Under the pieces are notes generated by a model. It ran no database searches. It worked only from the letters and a program-made list of their open reading frames with translations, and was not told the DNA's origin. A stretch of 60,052 nt of DNA, filler included. It is 7 parts of 7 records of this genome, joined end to end, with 100 filler letters (N's around TTAATTAATTAA, not from the genome) between each part and the next. Parts side by side here need not be neighbours in the genome. Positions count along the whole stretch, not along the records: positions 51,790 to 60,052 come from SRR31147125_23042; 6 more parts are not named here. One strand, 5' to 3'. This document shows positions 58,686 to 60,052 of this stretch, piece by piece. The position numbers and the translations under genes are program-made. Position 1 is the stretch's first letter; each line of letters begins with the position of its first letter.

Positions 58686-59138
58686 TTGATGAAGGAACTG
58701 ATCAGTACTTATCCCGTAGCAGTTGAAATCCCGATAGCATGGGGAGATATGGACGCATTCCAACATGTTAATAATATAATGTATTTCAAATATTTTGAAA
58801 GTGCGCGGATTTCATATTTCGAAAAGATCGATTTTCTTGGTGTCATGAATAACACCGGCATTGGCCCCATACTGGCATCCACTCAATGTAGATACAAAAT
58901 TCCATTAACCTATCCGGACCATGTCACCGTGGGAGCAAAAGTGGATACAATGGAACAAGACCGTTTTGTAATGAAGTATGCTGTAATCAGTCATAAGTTC
59001 AATAAAATAGCCGCATTAGGGGAGGGGGTGCTCGTTACATTCGACTATCAAAACAATAAAAAAGCATCTATTCCCGATGGAATACGAAATAAAATTCTCG
59101 ACCTTGAAAAAAGCGTGTCCCGGGATACTCAAGAGTAG
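58686..59138 (+). CDS. Acyl-CoA thioesterase (4HBT/YbgC hotdog family)
   Basis: WGDMDAFQHVNN..YFESAR. Confidence 0.9.
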   Translation: MMKELISTYPVAVEIPIAWGDMDAFQHVNNIMYFKYFESARISYFEKIDFLGVMNNTGIGPILASTQCRYKIPLTYPDHVTVGAKVDTMEQDRFVMKYAVISHKFNKIAALGEGVLVTFDYQNNKKASIPDGIRNKILDLEKSVSRDTQE

Positions 59139-59189
59139 CAATTCACATCAATCCGGGAATCGATTTTATAACGCCATGGCAGATCCGGT

Positions 59190-59966
59190 TTAGCGGTTTT
59201 TCCACTCGGGGGACCTCTTATTCAGAAATGCTTTGATGCCGTTCCGGGCATCCTCGGATGTGTTGTTCATCACAATGGTATGCTTGGCATAGTGCAATGC
59301 CTGCATATCGGTCATATCTGCTTGAGCGTAAAGCCCCTGCTTACCGATGGCCAAGGCAAAACCGCTGGCCTGAGATATTTCCTCAGCCAACTTCATTGCT
59401 TCGACATCCAACTCTTCCAAAGGCACCACCCGGTTGATTAACCCCAGTTCTTTTGCTTCGGTTGCAGGGAAATCACGGCCGGTCAACAGCATTTCCATGG
59501 ACGCCTTTCTGCCGATGGCCCGGGTAATCGCCACCATAGGCGTTGTGCAAAACAATCCTATTTTTACCCCTGGAGTTGAAAATTTGGCATTGTCCGCAGC
59601 GATGACCATATCGCACCAGGCAGCCAATTGACATCCTGCAGCAGTTGCAATTCCCTGAACTTCGCAGATAACCGGCTGGGGAATTTCGTGAAGCATCATC
59701 ATCATCCGAGTGCATTGGTCAAAGATATTTTTATATTCTTTGGTTCCCTGATCAACCATTTCAGATAGATCATGCCCCGCACAAAAATGGTTCCCGTTGG
59801 CTTTCAAAACCAAAACCTTAACGGCATCGTCAATGGCAATTTTTTCCAGAACGTGAGTGATTTCCTGAATTTTCAGAAGAGAAAGAGCATTAATTTTTTC
59901 AGGGGTGTTCAACGTCAAAATACCAATGGCATTTGTCTGAGAAAACGTAATTTCCTTGTAATCCAT
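59190..59966 (-). CDS. Enoyl-CoA hydratase / crotonase family protein
   Basis: FCAGHDL, ATAAGCQL, PGVKIGLFCTTP, MEMLLTG. Confidence 0.92.
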   Translation of the reverse strand: MDYKEITFSQTNAIGILTLNTPEKINALSLLKIQEITHVLEKIAIDDAVKVLVLKANGNHFCAGHDLSEMVDQGTKEYKNIFDQCTRMMMMLHEIPQPVICEVQGIATAAGCQLAAWCDMVIAADNAKFSTPGVKIGLFCTTPMVAITRAIGRKASMEMLLTGRDFPATEAKELGLINRVVPLEELDVEAMKLAEEISQASGFALAIGKQGLYAQADMTDMQALHYAKHTIVMNNTSEDARNGIKAFLNKRSPEWKNR

Positions 59967-60052
59967 TTCACTTACTCCTGTATCTGAATTATGGTTAATA
60001 ACGGACAGGCCCTCCATGACGGTTCAAATAAACGCGCATGAGTGACTACTCA

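Noticed and set aside
1-60052. CRISPR array, cas genes or rRNA
   Set aside because: No regularly spaced repeats, cas motifs or rRNA-like sequence were seen.

Overview
The window is not one locus. It is seven unrelated contigs joined by 100-nt N/TTAATTAATTAA linkers (14800-14899, 24601-24700, 32073-32172, 37231-37330, 46221-46320, 51690-51789), so synteny is meaningful only within a segment. Many genes are broken by single-base losses in homopolymers, most likely sequencing or assembly error. A (1-14799): two tandem paralogous Cys-rich surface-protein genes. The complete one has a GGCS-TM-basic (MYXO-CTERM-like) tail, and each gene sits behind an identically spaced sigma54 promoter plus IHF site only 13 nt from the ATG. 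They are followed by an Fe3+-type ABC transporter, pepF, mntP, acr3, a CPBP protease and menA. B (14900-24600): Tat-signal sugar isomerase-like, sulfatase and oxidoreductase genes, a rhodanese with a T9SS-type tail and an AsnB-like gene. C (24701-32072): glycan hydrolases and an MFS transporter. D (32173-37230): the end of a tRNA-Phe-targeting integrative element, where a sigma54 activator with an unrecognised N-domain faces a complete sigma54 promoter upstream of orf106-DUF2695-xis-int. This is the best candidate for an undescribed system. E (37331-46220): a clostridial-type YesMN/ABC/GH5 sugar cluster bounded by probable IS ends. F (46321-51689): ABC/MATE/DtxR genes and decayed cargo next to a tRNA-Gly 3' end. 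G (51790-60052): pyrD, an LPP20-OmpA-lipoprotein-DUF350-speE cluster, an orphan structured non-coding segment, a thioesterase and an enoyl-CoA hydratase. All family calls come from motif recognition; no searches were run.
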